A DNA stretch of 64,000 nucleotides from Basidiobolus meristosporus CBS 931.73 (lineage: Eukaryota > Fungi > Basidiobolomycota). The position numbers and the translations under genes are program-made. The first letter of the stretch is position 1. Each line of letters begins with the position of its first letter. The stretch covers positions 1-64,000 of the forward strand of contig MCFE01000491.1 in NCBI GenBank assembly GCA_002104905.1, given 5' to 3'. Below the pieces are notes generated by a model that made no database searches, had not been told where the DNA came from, and was given only the letters and a program-made list of their open reading frames with translations. This document shows, one piece after another, positions 37,815 through 50,786 of the stretch.

Positions 37815-39553
37815 ATGCAATTCGTGACTGTACATAAAGAATTCGATGTACGTATATTTCGCCAAAAATCGTTCTAATATTTGGCTATACTGTTGTTCTG
37901 ACTCTCACCTTTTCATAGGATGGACTGAAGTTTTTTATCCAAGAAGATCCTGAGGATTACGGAGATTGGATTGATGCTCGTCTGTTCACTCTGATGAGCC
38001 CAGACAAAGTGGAGCTATATAATCGGCTACTGGACACAAGAACCTTTCAAAATAGATTCGATATGATAAACACAGTGGAAGATTCGTCTTCCGAGGCATT
38101 AATATTCCCACCAACTCATCAAACGCTTGTAGATAGTTGCTTGGAAGAAAAGCACTGTGAGTGCTACGATTTGAATATTCTACCGTAAGCTGGTCTTAAC
38201 GTCCTTATTCGATTAGACAACGACGCATTAAAGATGCTTGAAAGTCTCGTGTCGGAGCGCTTTTATCCGCCGAAGTATGTTGGTGACATCTGAGTGCTAT
38301 TTCAGCGATATGCTAAATACTTCGTTATTTTCTATATTAGACGCATGATCCGACAAATCATCGATGATATTATACTGGAACATGAAGATAATTACTTAGC
38401 AACTCGAGCTTACCAACACCTAAAGCATATTCAAGTATATCATGGTCCTAAGGTTTTCGAAACCCTTTGGGACGACGGTCAGGAGTTTTGGAATTTTCTG
38501 GACAATCTCACTTCGTACGTGACAAAAGAAGAGTACCAGCAACGGGATATGGTTTGTGGGTTCCCAAAGCGCCTCTACCTATACCAAGACTAACCTAGTG
38601 TCAGAGCTCTAGAATACGAATGGTATTGGACTTCATCACCGGGTTGATTTACGACGACTTATCTAGGAATTATCCATGTATGGGAGATTTCATAGTTCTT
38701 GCTAGGGTCCCAACTAATATCGCAACACAACAGGGAATTTAAGCGACGCATTGTTAACCAACTACTTTGTTAAATACTCAATGCCCGTCACTAAGCTGCA
38801 GAAAGCGTTGGACATTATATTTCATTTGATCGAGTTTTTCAAAGAAAACATCGAAATTGAAAGTATATGCTTTCACTTTTTAGACCAGGTAGGTCCATTT
38901 TGTAGCGCATTTATGTTGCTGAGCCCTAAGTATTCATACCGTTCGGTGATTCAGATGATTCTACTTTCTCATGGAAATATCCTCTGCGGGGAAACACTTC
39001 TGGGTGGAATTTACGAACGAATTTACAAGTCCAACGTGAACGGATTCCTAACTTTCTTTACGGTACCCATTTTTCCTTGATCTTTCTTGTTGCTCGCTCT
39101 ACTCACGCCGGCCTCATCCAGAAATTGCACTCCAATGTGATGAAAGTGAAACTAATAGATTTCATGTTTTATCATGACTACAGTCACGCCAACTTACCTA
39201 CCAAAGCACTTCTTCGCACACCAATCTCTTTGCGCAAGCTGGCTCTGCTGTTTCAAATCAGCCCAAATTATAAATGGTCTCAAAGAGATACCATGGAGGA
39301 TTTGTATCGATACACATCATTGTTGTACTTGATGCTTCAAGCATACACTCGGTCCATCGGGTATTTTCGAAATGTACGCGTATTCGCATTAGATCCAGAC
39401 GAAATAGAGGTGCTGACCAAAATACCTACCATGGTGAAAGAACTATCTAAAAAGCACAATGCTGACCTCAGGGAGGATGAAAGTGAATACACGCTGAAGG
39501 TAAAGCAGAACTTCTCTTTAATAAAGACGTACGCGTTGCTCTGGCAATCATAA
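37815..39553 (+). CDS. SIMC1/Nse5-like protein (putative SMC5/6 loader subunit), multi-exon
   Basis: ALKMLESLVSERFYPP..IRQIIDDIIL..ATRAYQHLKHIQVYHGP, VLDFITGLIYDDL, LHSNVMKVKLIDFMFYH, PISLRKLALLF and LLYLMLQAY are collinear with the human SIMC1 C-terminal domain as I recall it. First exon MQFVTVHKEFD at 37815. Confidence 0.6.
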
Positions 39554-39875
39554 AAATTCACTTGCTACCTTGAATGTTATACCTATCTATGCTCACTAGA
39601 CCTCTCCTCGCTGTAACTATATTGGCAATAAAACTGAATCCAGCATATAAGGGCGGTTTCCTTTTGTCGAGCTCAAGTACTACTCTAGGTGGTATGCAAG
39701 GCTTGTTTACCAATATTGGTGTTTTAAGCTGTCAGTGTGTGACATGGGATTGTCGATCATACGGCCAATTCCTGACCACTATTCAAGCATTCGTAATAAT
39801 AAAACTTCGCGCATAATACAAATAATTTTATATAATGTTTTATCGATGATAGTATCCTATTTAAGTGGGTATCGT

Positions 39876-40341
39876 TCAAGAGCGAGCATTAACGTGAATT
39901 TTGGGTTTCACGTTGGTGACAGTTTCTAGTAACTTAGCCAAGACCTTTTCCTTATTCTGTTCAAAAGCAACCTCAACCAACTTGATGTTCTCCTGGGTTT
40001 CCTTAAGAACGGCCTGGGAACCTTGATCAGAGGTACCTAGATGTTGTTGCTCCAACACCTTGAATTCTTCGGCTTTTTCAGCCTTGATAGCCTCTATCTC
40101 TTTGGCAGCTTCTGAGCGAGCTTCCTTCAAGCGCTGAACACGGTCTTCATACGAAAAGTATAAGATTGTGTAGCCCAAAAATAATGATGAATGACTTACA
40201 TTGTTTAGCTTGTTGAACGATTCTAGAGGCCTCCTTTTCGGCTTCAAGAAGAGTTTGGATACCTTGGGAATTAGATGCAGACTATGACATACGTTAGTTG
40301 ATTTATGGGATCTCAAGTGTGTTGTTAGGGATACTGACCAT
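39876..40341 (-). CDS. VMA10: V-type ATPase subunit G, 3 exons
   Basis: ATG|intron|SASNSQGIQTLLEAEKEASRIVQQAKQ|YRVQRLKEARSEAAKEIE..KPKIHVN. Confidence 0.95.
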
Positions 40342-41138
40342 GACAACACCTGGTAAAAGAATAAAGAGATGAATGTCGGATTACTTGATACTTGTATGTT
40401 CAGGTTATTGGGCTATCGGATTAGAATATACCAGATCCTAATTTATTAGCTATTATCAGCACCAGCTCAATGACGTATATTTCACCATCTGCTCATGGAA
40501 TTCGCAGTAAGATACAATGCCACTAAGTCTAGATGGTATTTCTTTTTGTAATCCATAACCATCTACTTATTCGTCGCTGGAATGAGGCTATTAACCAATT
40601 GGTGTTGCTTCAAGTCAGCTGATTAGATAGGTAGCTGATATCGCCGCCAGTGGATATCTTGTTGCATACTCTCCATGCGCCTCCACTATTTAGCTTTAAG
40701 ATCTGTTCTAGGTAGAACCATGTCAAGTATTAGCATTATAGCTTCTGATGTATTTTCAGCCAATGTTGTGTTGCTGCATCAGCCATAGTGATATTTCGTT
40801 CGTCATTGGTGGGTAATAAACTATAGTGCCTTCACACAACTTGTCAGGATTAGTTGTTAAATATTTAGTACATCACATTCCTTCCAAGAAGGGTAGAGAG
40901 CAAGTATTCACTTGGAGTGTGTTGGTGCGCAATACTCGAGTAAAATATTCAAAATGGATGTTTCTTGGAACCACTTCACATACACCCAACAACTTTGATT
41001 TTCCTATAGCCTGCCCTCAGTGTTTGGTTGTATTTTAGCTTATTTTCAGATAGGTGAATATTTAGGTATAATTACGAAATTTGCAACAGAATTTTGATAG
41101 AATCAATCAGAACACTAACTTAGTAATTATAGATAATT

Positions 41139-41430
41139 GTCTACAAATCTTAGAAAATTCTGGCCAAATTCCTTGTCAGGATTTACTTCGAGATTTTTCA
41201 TGTTCTAGGTACCTGATGTTTTGGAGAAAATATTCAAAGCACTCCAAATAGCTACAAACTTTGCACACATGCTCTTGGGACCTTCCTAGACATCTTCTTC
41301 ATGTTTGTTTTGCCAAGACTATGTGAAAGTATAAATACTACATTTTCATTCAATAAGTCATCAAGTGAAAGCCACATAATCTACATGTTCTCCAAATCAC
41401 TTTCAACATTTCCAAAACTCTTACAAGCTC
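41139..41430 (-). repeat. Dispersed AT-rich repeat, copy 2, inside a larger CpG-poor relic (about 40.8-42.1 kb)
   Basis: Homologous to 22834-23070 and to the reverse complement of 58490-58712. Confidence 0.7.
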
Positions 41431-44400
41431 TTAATACATTCAACACATACCATATTCAACTTGGGTAAAATGCCTAACCATTAGAATAAAACTTATTGAA
41501 GTGGCATTATAGTCATAGTTGGTTATGAGAATTTAGGCATACATTTGACTCTATAGGTATAATGAAACTGAATGGAGAGATAACCAAAGTCACTTGAGAG
41601 CCATTTAATACAAAGTGTAGCTGTATAAGATTCTCTATAAAGCAATACAAAATTAATGGTGGGTTTCAAAGCATCTTCTCAAAAAATGAATACTTTGAGT
41701 GAAGAATTAAAAATACAGGATGAGGAAATTTAGCATCAATAGTGATAGTGAAATTGTGAATTTATGTTTCGTCAAGAGCATCCCAAGATTTATGAAAAAG
41801 CACCTTGAAGAAAGCTACAGAAGGCTGTTTAGCAAAGTTTGGGGAGAGCTTAAAGTTTTGACAACTTTCAGGGCTTCCGCTGCTCCAAAAACTCAAAAAA
41901 CACCTGACACATCAAGCCCCAGGTCAATATTCAGCACTCGGAAGATTAAAAAGGTAGTAAAATTATTGTGTCTGAGGATCAGCTTCCCCATAGTCAATTC
42001 TGCCCACCAGCTCTAAATTTTGTAAATTTTCAGTCCAAGTACATGGGTTGAATGTAAATTTTATTGATACACGTGTTTTCGAAATTGAATATTTGGATAT
42101 TTCAACACGGTCTAATGATGATATTTCACCCACTCATGACTTTTCAGAAAGCTGGTAGCTAAGTTTCATACTTTGCCTATTAATAGTGTATTTGATGGCC
42201 TATATCGCATATAGTATTATGCTCAAGTATGGACCCCAATCCGCATTTTTGAAAAGTTGAAGGTTTAAGTTGGATTTCTGCTGATTTTCAAGTGGTATTC
42301 TGATGGTGTCCATCAAAAATTTCTAATAGGGGTAGCTAGCAAGGAGTTTGATGTTTTCGGATGAAAGTGCGTTTGTTATACCGAAGCAAGCGGAACTCGA
42401 AATGATGTGACGATGATTGGTGGCATATTTTATCTGTTGGTTGATTGAGTAAAAGTTAGTTATGTACGCCCCCTGTTGAGCTAGTAAAATTGAACATCAA
42501 AGCGTGAGGTACAAACGTACGTGTTTTATCCCTGATTCCTAAGATTTGAAATCAATGACCCAACTTGATAACCTTTTGATATCTTTCAATTATTAGACTA
42601 GTTGGTTCTTGACAATGAGCTCTAGATGCAATAACAAAGCCATCAAGAAGTAACCCAATGGCTCTGGTGTAATATATCAAGGAGTTCTATAATAAAGAAA
42701 CGCTACTTGCACCTCTTGGTTGACGTGGATTTATGATGTCTCAGCAAGTAATGGGGTAAGGTTTGCGACCCCAATATTTTGTATATATAACTTCTAAAGT
42801 GGAAGAGATCCAGTATTTTAATGTATCGCACGAGCGATCAAAGTGCATGTCTAGTTGATACCAAAGCCACGCGGCTTGTCACCGATATACATGCTTGGTG
42901 TGAAGTATACAACATTGATCATGGTATGATTGTTTCTTGTTTTTTGGTATTACAAATACCAAACGAGGTTACAGGAATATTGAACATTGCATAACTAGAA
43001 AATGTGACATACCATTCAGTTATTGCTGGCCAAGAATAGAATTATCGATACTCTCCTGAGTGGAGAGAGAGCGTTATTTTGAATGCTCTATTAACATAAA
43101 GATCGTAAGACTTCATACCCATGCTAAGCTGAACTTATTACAATGGGGTCGTACGCAAAAGATGGGGATATGGCAGTTGTAAAATAGGATATACACCGAA
43201 AGAGCGGAATGATGAAAATTCGCGTGTGACGTGAAATTTCAGCGGGAGTCCATGAATCGAGTTTGAGTGCGCCGATTCGGGTGAATGTGCTGGATATGCC
43301 GACGGATTCGAATATACGGCGGGACTAGAGGAAGGTTTTGTACACCCCAACTACATCTCTGCCTGCTGCAGAGGATATCCGACCTTTTCGGATGAAAGTC
43401 GCAACTGAGATAGCCACATAGGAAATATGGGTGCCGGAGAGATCCGTGATCTGGGGCTCTTTTATCTGGCACCTTGCGGCATCAAATCAAGGGAGGCCTC
43501 CAAAAGTGCAACCTAATCCGGAATGTACGCCTTGGGAAGTCAACACATCAGACTCCCCGCTACCTGTTCACTGCGAAACCATCTATGACCATACAGATCT
43601 GTGTGAGATATGGCAGCCTCTACCTAGTAATTACCTGGTAGACATCCACATTCCTTTGATTCCCGCACACCCGAAAAAGTCAATCAGTAGCTAAAGCATA
43701 GCGGAAAAATATTTTACTGATATTTCATGTTAAATCAATACGTCAATGGCTACTCTACTAAATTGAGCAAACCATCAAGATATATTCTAGACCACTAACT
43801 TTAATGCATTCCATTTGTAATGAGTAGCAGGTCATATGTTATTCATGCTTGTTGCTGATCAGCTACCGGTGATACGTTGTTTTCAAGTATTAGGTTTCTT
43901 ATCACTTTTTCTATGGATTTGTTTTTATCCGAACCAATTGACGAGGTCTGTGTCTATGCAATTTCCATTCAAGTTTACGCCACTGAATACACATCTTGGA
44001 CAACGCTTCAGTTGATCACAAATGTGGCTTTTGATGGTGAGTAAGGAAAATATACGGAGGAAATCAACCCACTAATATCTATTCACAAGGCGCTAAGAAT
44101 CTTACTGATTTACCCCCAACGTCGCACTACAGATGATGAAATATCATGTATCAACATCAGTCGATGTACGACTGATAGGCGATACGAAGCTATGCCTCTC
44201 AAATAGATTGGGGTATTTCAATTCTTGGGTCCATTCGGTGCCCTTGGTTCTTGTGACTCACGTTGGCTTAATCTTCGAATGAACAGAAAATGATAACATG
44301 TTGACATATCCGTATCGTTGATTCATCTTGAATGGTTCAACGAACGTGAAATCAAATTAGCAGGACGTATTAGGTTGAATATTTACCCGATCGCCTCGTG

Positions 44401-44954
44401 ACATTTGGGAAAATAGAAAGTCAATTCCTCCATTTGGTGGATTCAATTCCTCATTGTTCAACCTTGCTTGATCCAACTCGGCCAGGGATCTGCAGATCAT
44501 TGGTCTTTGCAACCAGATTGAAACGCTCCGGCTACCAGAAGCTCCATTCGAGGTCAACAGCCTACGAACCACAGCTGTGGATGGTTACCATACAGGGATA
44601 GTGTTGGATCGTTCGTATTTGTGTCGATAAAGCGATTAGTGCACACGGGGTCCCGCTGAGACACAATGAGATCATATCTTTGGATATAACGCAAAGCCTA
44701 CAAACCGGATCTTAGTACAAGCCATTTGGTGGTATATAGTTACAAATAATAAGAGAACCAAATAATGCTAGAGTTGTATTATGCGATGTTTACTGCGGAA
44801 ATTATGGTACATTATAGCAAACACCAATCAAGCCAATATTATATATATAGCTTTGGCTTGGTTGAATGTGAATACAATGAGATATATATACGATAGCGAG
44901 TGTATGGTGCGTATGTGACTGTTAAACTAAATAGCTCTAAGACGAAAGGGATAT

Positions 44955-45992
44955 TCAAATAGCTGCACTTTGTAAAGAATTCACTGTATACGGAGGTGGG
45001 TTGTTCGTGTCATTTGTTGAGATTGGCGAGCACAATGTGCACTTGGATAGCGATTGTGGCTCATAGAGCGGGAGTGCCTCGAAGAATTGATCAGTAACTT
45101 CCGAAGTCACATTGAGGGGGAATCTCAACCGGATCGATTTTAGGCAATTGCCGTGTGTGAAGTTGATGCTTACTTCTAGTTTGTGCTTGATAGTGACAAA
45201 TTCATTGGAACAATCGTGGTGGATTTTAGGCGAGTTTGGCATCTTTAAAAGAACCACTTTCTCGTTAGGAGTGTTAATCTCGCAAGTTTGTGGCTTCAAC
45301 TCGATTGCTTGATCATCAAGATGATGTGATCCAAATTTAATCACTGGCGAGTCCACCAGCTCATACAATTTGTAGGAGACCTTCTGAATGTGAATGTCGG
45401 TTACGAGTGGACGAAAGTTCAACACCAATGGCAATTCTTCACCCATACCAACAACCTTGCGAGCTGCATACAGATCATACTCTAATATGTCGCGCCATGC
45501 GTCTGATACATTAACTGGAGGAATTGGCTCATTCATATTGGACAAAGGGAGTCTTTTGACAATGATCTCCTTGTCGGTTGTGCGATTGGTATGGAGCGAA
45601 GTGGTCTCCGCAGTGGCGATTAATTTGTATTTGATGTTGATGTTGTGGCAATGAAGGGTTTCAGGCCAGAAGCCGCGAATCGGGAAGGAGAAGTTGTAAT
45701 GGTGGCATTTTGGCGGTAGAGTGTAGGCATCCTTTGTTTCGAAGAACACCATTTCGTCGTGTGCAAAGCGATGCTTGTCATGCAATTTAAGACTACCGCT
45801 TTTCAACGCCGCGGAGCCAGTAACAACCCCATAAACCTCGAGTCGAATTGAGAGGGACTTGAGTTTAGTGGCAACTTTGGGGTGAAGTTTGACTATCCCT
45901 GAGAGAGTAGAACCAACGCTCTCCTCTGGATTGCCTCTTAAAATGATACATTCCTGGCTCGTTTGAATGCTAAGGGAAAGGTCATTCAGCAT
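44955..45992 (-). CDS. Alpha-arrestin (ART/ARRDC) ubiquitin-ligase adaptor, intronless
   Basis: Arrestin-N (LSGIVKL, YNFSFPIRGFWPETL, IKYKLIA) and arrestin-C (IKHKLEVSI) segments, plus PY motifs LPLY and PPPY at the C-terminus. Confidence 0.9.
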   Translation of the reverse strand: MLNDLSLSIQTSQECIILRGNPEESVGSTLSGIVKLHPKVATKLKSLSIRLEVYGVVTGSAALKSGSLKLHDKHRFAHDEMVFFETKDAYTLPPKCHHYNFSFPIRGFWPETLHCHNINIKYKLIATAETTSLHTNRTTDKEIIVKRLPLSNMNEPIPPVNVSDAWRDILEYDLYAARKVVGMGEELPLVLNFRPLVTDIHIQKVSYKLYELVDSPVIKFGSHHLDDQAIELKPQTCEINTPNEKVVLLKMPNSPKIHHDCSNEFVTIKHKLEVSINFTHGNCLKSIRLRFPLNVTSEVTDQFFEALPLYEPQSLSKCTLCSPISTNDTNNPPPYTVNSLQSAAI

Positions 45993-47828
45993 GATTAAAG
46001 ATGTGGAGGAATAATCGATGGAATTGTATAGATGAATAGACGAACAGAAGTGTCGATCTATTAAGGATAATTGCCCAATTTATAGCTGCCATATGAGCCA
46101 TGTTTCCTTAACTGAATCCCATTACTTTACTAATGGCAAGACGGGAACCCACGGAACTATCTCCATGTCACCCGAAGTCATCTGTGATTGATCAGTATCT
46201 GTCAACTATAAATAAGCGTAATGTCTTATGATGGGGAAGCGGCCTACCAAATATGTCTTACTGATACAAATCGGATGAATATTTAATACCGATTTGTGGT
46301 GTGCTTGAGCATCTGCATGATCTATTTAGCCTAAACTAATAACTCTGATTTGGGCTCACAGCATTTCATGAATTTTCATCAGTTTTATTTGGTAAAATCA
46401 ACTGAATTCGCACCAGTACTCACGTTCGCTCATTACTGCTGTTTCAGGAAAAGGAGGCAATATCCAATCAATCGCAAGTGCTATCTGGTCCAATAGGGTG
46501 TTCTACTCCCCAGAGAGGCAGTCGAAACTAAAATTCATTGACCGTTTGTTTACCTCATTCTAGCCTCACTTGGTGGGCTATTTACTGAGCTCAGGGAACA
46601 GCGCTGCAAGCTGCTGATTCCGGATAGATAACTTTGTGATTGACAACATGCAATTCAATAGCTCTAGATTCAAACTTAATAAAAAGCGATAATAGACCAT
46701 AGACAACGATCATATGTGTTATTCTCGGGTATTTCCATCCGGGAATGGTTTGACATGCAGGCGATATCAAAAACCGGACATGTAACAGCCGACACTTCAT
46801 CTCCCATTGTATTAACCCGGACCGTAGTTGAGTTCTACCCAACAGGGTCAAAGAGAAGAGATTGTCTGTCAAACCTGTATCATATAGGTTTAGCTCTCCT
46901 AAACCAAAGGAGTGCTTTCAAGTTCTTTGTCGCGAATCTAATTGGTTTTCATTCATAGCGGCTATTAGCCACACATTTCAAGAAATAACCGGATAATATA
47001 TTTCATTGACCCGCTTTCAGGCTTTTGATAGGAACGTTGCTTTGAAACTTTTACTACATCTATGTCAGCGGGCTACAAATGTCAGTCAGAATGAATCTCT
47101 TTGCCACACCTCCTTTAACCAAGCCAGAAATAAATACCTCATGGCTGTCATCGGAAGTGAGGGGAGCCGCATACTCACCAAAAAGGAAAATAAAAAACGT
47201 GGGATTTCTTATGACTTCGGTGTTATCGTTTGGTAATATAATTCGGATTAGTAATTAGTGAACGCACGAGGCTCATTTAGGCAATGCACCATGCTTTCCG
47301 ATATGCTATTGGTCAGAAATCTTGTAATATAATTAACCATTCAGCGGATTTCCGCAGGAATGTTGTCCCGAAATATACGGGCATCCTATAGGCTTTAGCC
47401 TTTTTTGTAATGGTCCTGCGGATAGGGGCCCTAGAGGATATTCATTTTCAGATCGAGTTGATCTGTCCCACAGGCCCAAATGACATCATGTTCTTACAAA
47501 ACTCTGAATATCATACACACTTGCATATGGCGCTTTTTGCACATCAATGTCGCACAAATATGACTCCCCTAAGTTTGTAGTGCCTGCTGCTTTGACCAGA
47601 TCCTCTGTGAGTCTGTGACAGATTCATGTAACTAATCTTCGGTCTAGTACACTGAAGTTCAATTTGTCGCTGCAGGTAAAAAATGGTGCCCAGATCCACA
47701 GGCTTTCAATTCACTCTTCCACCAATGTGGGTTTTGTGTAATGCGCTCACAAGCAGAAGTTTATTAATTCCAGAGCTTAAATCACTACCCTGGTATATCG
47801 AATGTTTCGAAAAATGCGCTTCGAGGCT

Positions 47829-49871
47829 TTAATTGTACAACGCATCAATTTGCGCCTTATAACGCTCGGCAATATCACGGCGTTTGAGTTTTTGTGCGGC
47901 AGTCAGCAGATTGTTCTCAGGTGTCCACTCTTCATCCACAATATAGATATTGTGAAGCAACTCGGCAGAAACAAAATTGTATCTTTTGCCGATGGCATGG
48001 AGATCGCTAAGCACTGCCTTCCGCACCTTTGAATCTTGAGTTAGATCGTAGTGAGACATGCTCTCATAATTTTCTACACCCTGCTGCTTGGCAAGGTTTC
48101 GTAGCTTTTCTTCACCACAAACCAAGATGGCAACTGGTCGAGATTTGAATGAGTCTGCATAAACGCAAATATTATCAGCATAGGCACATGTTTTATAAAG
48201 GGTTTCGAGTTTCTCGATAGCGATATATTCCCCATGCGATAGCTTGACAAGGTTCTTCTTTCGGTCAATGATACCAAGTGTGCCGTCCGGTAACCAGACA
48301 CCAATATCACCAGTCATCAGCCAACCGTCTTCAGTCAATATCTCCTTGGTGAGTTGATCATTCTTGAAATAGCCTTTCATAACGGCTGGTCCTCGTACCC
48401 ATACCTCACCCTGTGGTGGGTCGTTGCTGGTGAGATAATTTGCTTCTGGTACATCAACTAATTTGATTTCGGCGCATGGAACTGGAGGTCCATTGGATTT
48501 GGGTACTTTGACATCTGGATGCATGATGGCAGCCATGGCAGTGGCTTCGGTCATACCGTATGCTTGGAGAACTGGGCATATGCAAGTGGTCAAGAATGCT
48601 TGGGTTTCAGGTGCAATTGGGGCGCCTCCGGACAAAGCGAAGCGTAAGCGACCGCCAGTGGCGTTTTTGATCTTATTGAACACGATGGTATCCCAAATCC
48701 CGGTGGGAAGGCCGAGATTCTTCAAAAATGGCTTATTACGGAGAGCCAAGCCGAATACTGTGCGACCCAATTTGCCGGAATTCTGCACTTGAGACAGGAT
48801 TCCCTTACGGATGGTTTCCCAGACAGCAGGAACACCACACATGATAGTGGGCTGAAGCTCACGTAAATCACCTTTGCAATTACGAACAGAGGAGTCCGTT
48901 AAGGTGCGTGGGCTACTGTATCCTATGGGCATTCCCAGATAAACAACATAACTTTCTACGACAAACTCAAAGATATGAGCTAGTGGCAAATAAGCAATGA
49001 TTATGTCATTTTGTGGATCGAGAATTGGTCTGATCCATAGATCAACCGCTGCAATGGCCGCTACAACATTGGCATGCGTAAGCATCACTCCCTTCGGGTT
49101 ACCAGTAGACCCTGAGGTGTACATGACACAGGCGAGTTCCTCTGGCTTAGGAAGATTGGGCTCAATGGGGTTTTCTTCGCCAAGTATACGAATTTCTTCG
49201 TATGTATGAATGCTAATTTCCGGGAAATCGGTGCGCAGTGATTCGATTAGAGCGGGGTTAGCTTCGTCTGAGTATATGATGTACTTCAAGGTAGGCACTT
49301 GATTTAAAATGCTTTGAACGACAGGCAGGAGCTCAGCATTGGCGAATATAGCTGTTATTTCGCCTTCGTTAAGAGCGTGTTTCAATCCTTCAGCACCTAA
49401 GGTCTCATATGCGGTGACGATTGTCATGGACTGTGAAAAGCAAGCTTGTGACATGATAAACCAGTGTGGACTTGTCTTGTTAAATATTGTGAGTTTGTCA
49501 CCTGCGGTCAAACCAAGCTTGATCAGACCACAGCCTAATTGCTTGGAAATCCGACTAACGTCTTCGTATGTGAACCAGTTATATGGGCCAAGTTGAGAGT
49601 ATTTCCATTTTTTCATCTCCTTCTTAACGGTTCCGCCTACGTTTTTGGTGATTTCCTTCTCTTCTTCTATGATTTTTTCGACTTTACGATATCCAAGAGC
49701 CTTACAGTTGCCACGCGTACGTACCAACTCGGGAAGCAGATCTGCCAGTGTTTTAAAGTCGTCGCGAGGCCTAGTCACTAGTCTGTCGGGAGACAGATAG
49801 TTTCGGCGAGGTATAGTTTCGTGTTCTGGCTTTTCTGTCCCAACTTCGACGGTAAACATTTTATTACTCAT
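47829..49871 (-). CDS. Long-chain fatty acyl-CoA synthetase (Faa1/Faa4-like), intronless, 680 aa
   Basis: AMP-binding YTSGSTGNPKGV, YLPLAHIFE, AYGMTE, GWLMTGDIG and IIDRKKNLVKLSHGEYIAIEKLE. Confidence 0.95.
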   Translation of the reverse strand: MSNKMFTVEVGTEKPEHETIPRRNYLSPDRLVTRPRDDFKTLADLLPELVRTRGNCKALGYRKVEKIIEEEKEITKNVGGTVKKEMKKWKYSQLGPYNWFTYEDVSRISKQLGCGLIKLGLTAGDKLTIFNKTSPHWFIMSQACFSQSMTIVTAYETLGAEGLKHALNEGEITAIFANAELLPVVQSILNQVPTLKYIIYSDEANPALIESLRTDFPEISIHTYEEIRILGEENPIEPNLPKPEELACVMYTSGSTGNPKGVMLTHANVVAAIAAVDLWIRPILDPQNDIIIAYLPLAHIFEFVVESYVVYLGMPIGYSSPRTLTDSSVRNCKGDLRELQPTIMCGVPAVWETIRKGILSQVQNSGKLGRTVFGLALRNKPFLKNLGLPTGIWDTIVFNKIKNATGGRLRFALSGGAPIAPETQAFLTTCICPVLQAYGMTEATAMAAIMHPDVKVPKSNGPPVPCAEIKLVDVPEANYLTSNDPPQGEVWVRGPAVMKGYFKNDQLTKEILTEDGWLMTGDIGVWLPDGTLGIIDRKKNLVKLSHGEYIAIEKLETLYKTCAYADNICVYADSFKSRPVAILVCGEEKLRNLAKQQGVENYESMSHYDLTQDSKVRKAVLSDLHAIGKRYNFVSAELLHNIYIVDEEWTPENNLLTAAQKLKRRDIAERYKAQIDALYN

Positions 49872-50786
49872 CTAAGCTCGCCCAAATTACAATAGAGAAG
49901 ATTAAGATACAAGCGACACAAACACCTAAGTCAAGCAATTGAGGTGTTTGGTGTATGTAATGACAAATGTGAAAAGGAAATCCGAGCTAATATATATAGT
50001 TCGCGAGCAAATCCGCATTTAAGATAGATTTTTATAGTGTTGATGTTGTGTGTAGCGTTTCTCCAGAGAGCATTAATACCATTGATGAAACTCAAAATCA
50101 AGCCGAGAATATTCTTTGTAGAAAGTAAACAACGCGAACTGCAAGAATGCCATTGATTTTATCACATCCAACATGTGCCAAAGCAGCCATTCAGGATTTT
50201 CCACTTGGCTATTTATAATCGAGAACCTTGACAATCGCCATAGTTTGCTATCTATTTTACGGATCGGCAGGAGCGAATACTCTAGAACTTGATGCATTGG
50301 CCTTACAGGTCGTGTTTGTTTAGATTTGTGTTGATGCAGAGTAAAGATTAGCCGACCCTATCAGAAATCATCCCCGAAGCTTAATGAGGTGATACTCAGG
50401 TGCAGTCCCGGGAGAATGGGCTATTGTTGCCAACCAAAATCCAATGTGGATGAAAACAAATGATCTGACATTTGATAAGTGTTTTCTAGATGACTTCTGC
50501 ACCCAGTTTGCTCTATACATGCTGATATCACAATAAAGCCAATCAACCCAGTGGGCAGCTGGCCAGAATTACGAGAGAAATGGAAGGGTCACTTACCCAG
50601 GTTAACTTTAATCGACATTATGCAAAATGTAAGTGGGAAGTTACACATCAATTTTTGTGTCGTAATATGGATGTGATTAACACTGTAAAAAGATGGGGTG
50701 ACTTCGTTTCTATAGTTGAATTTGCTGCCCTAACTTTCTTCTGCTCACAGAACTTTTCCCCAACTCCGTTGTGAAGTCCCGGGTTG

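Noticed and set aside
43138-44600. Short ORFs upstream of the arrestin 3' end
   Set aside because: No motifs and inconsistent frames.
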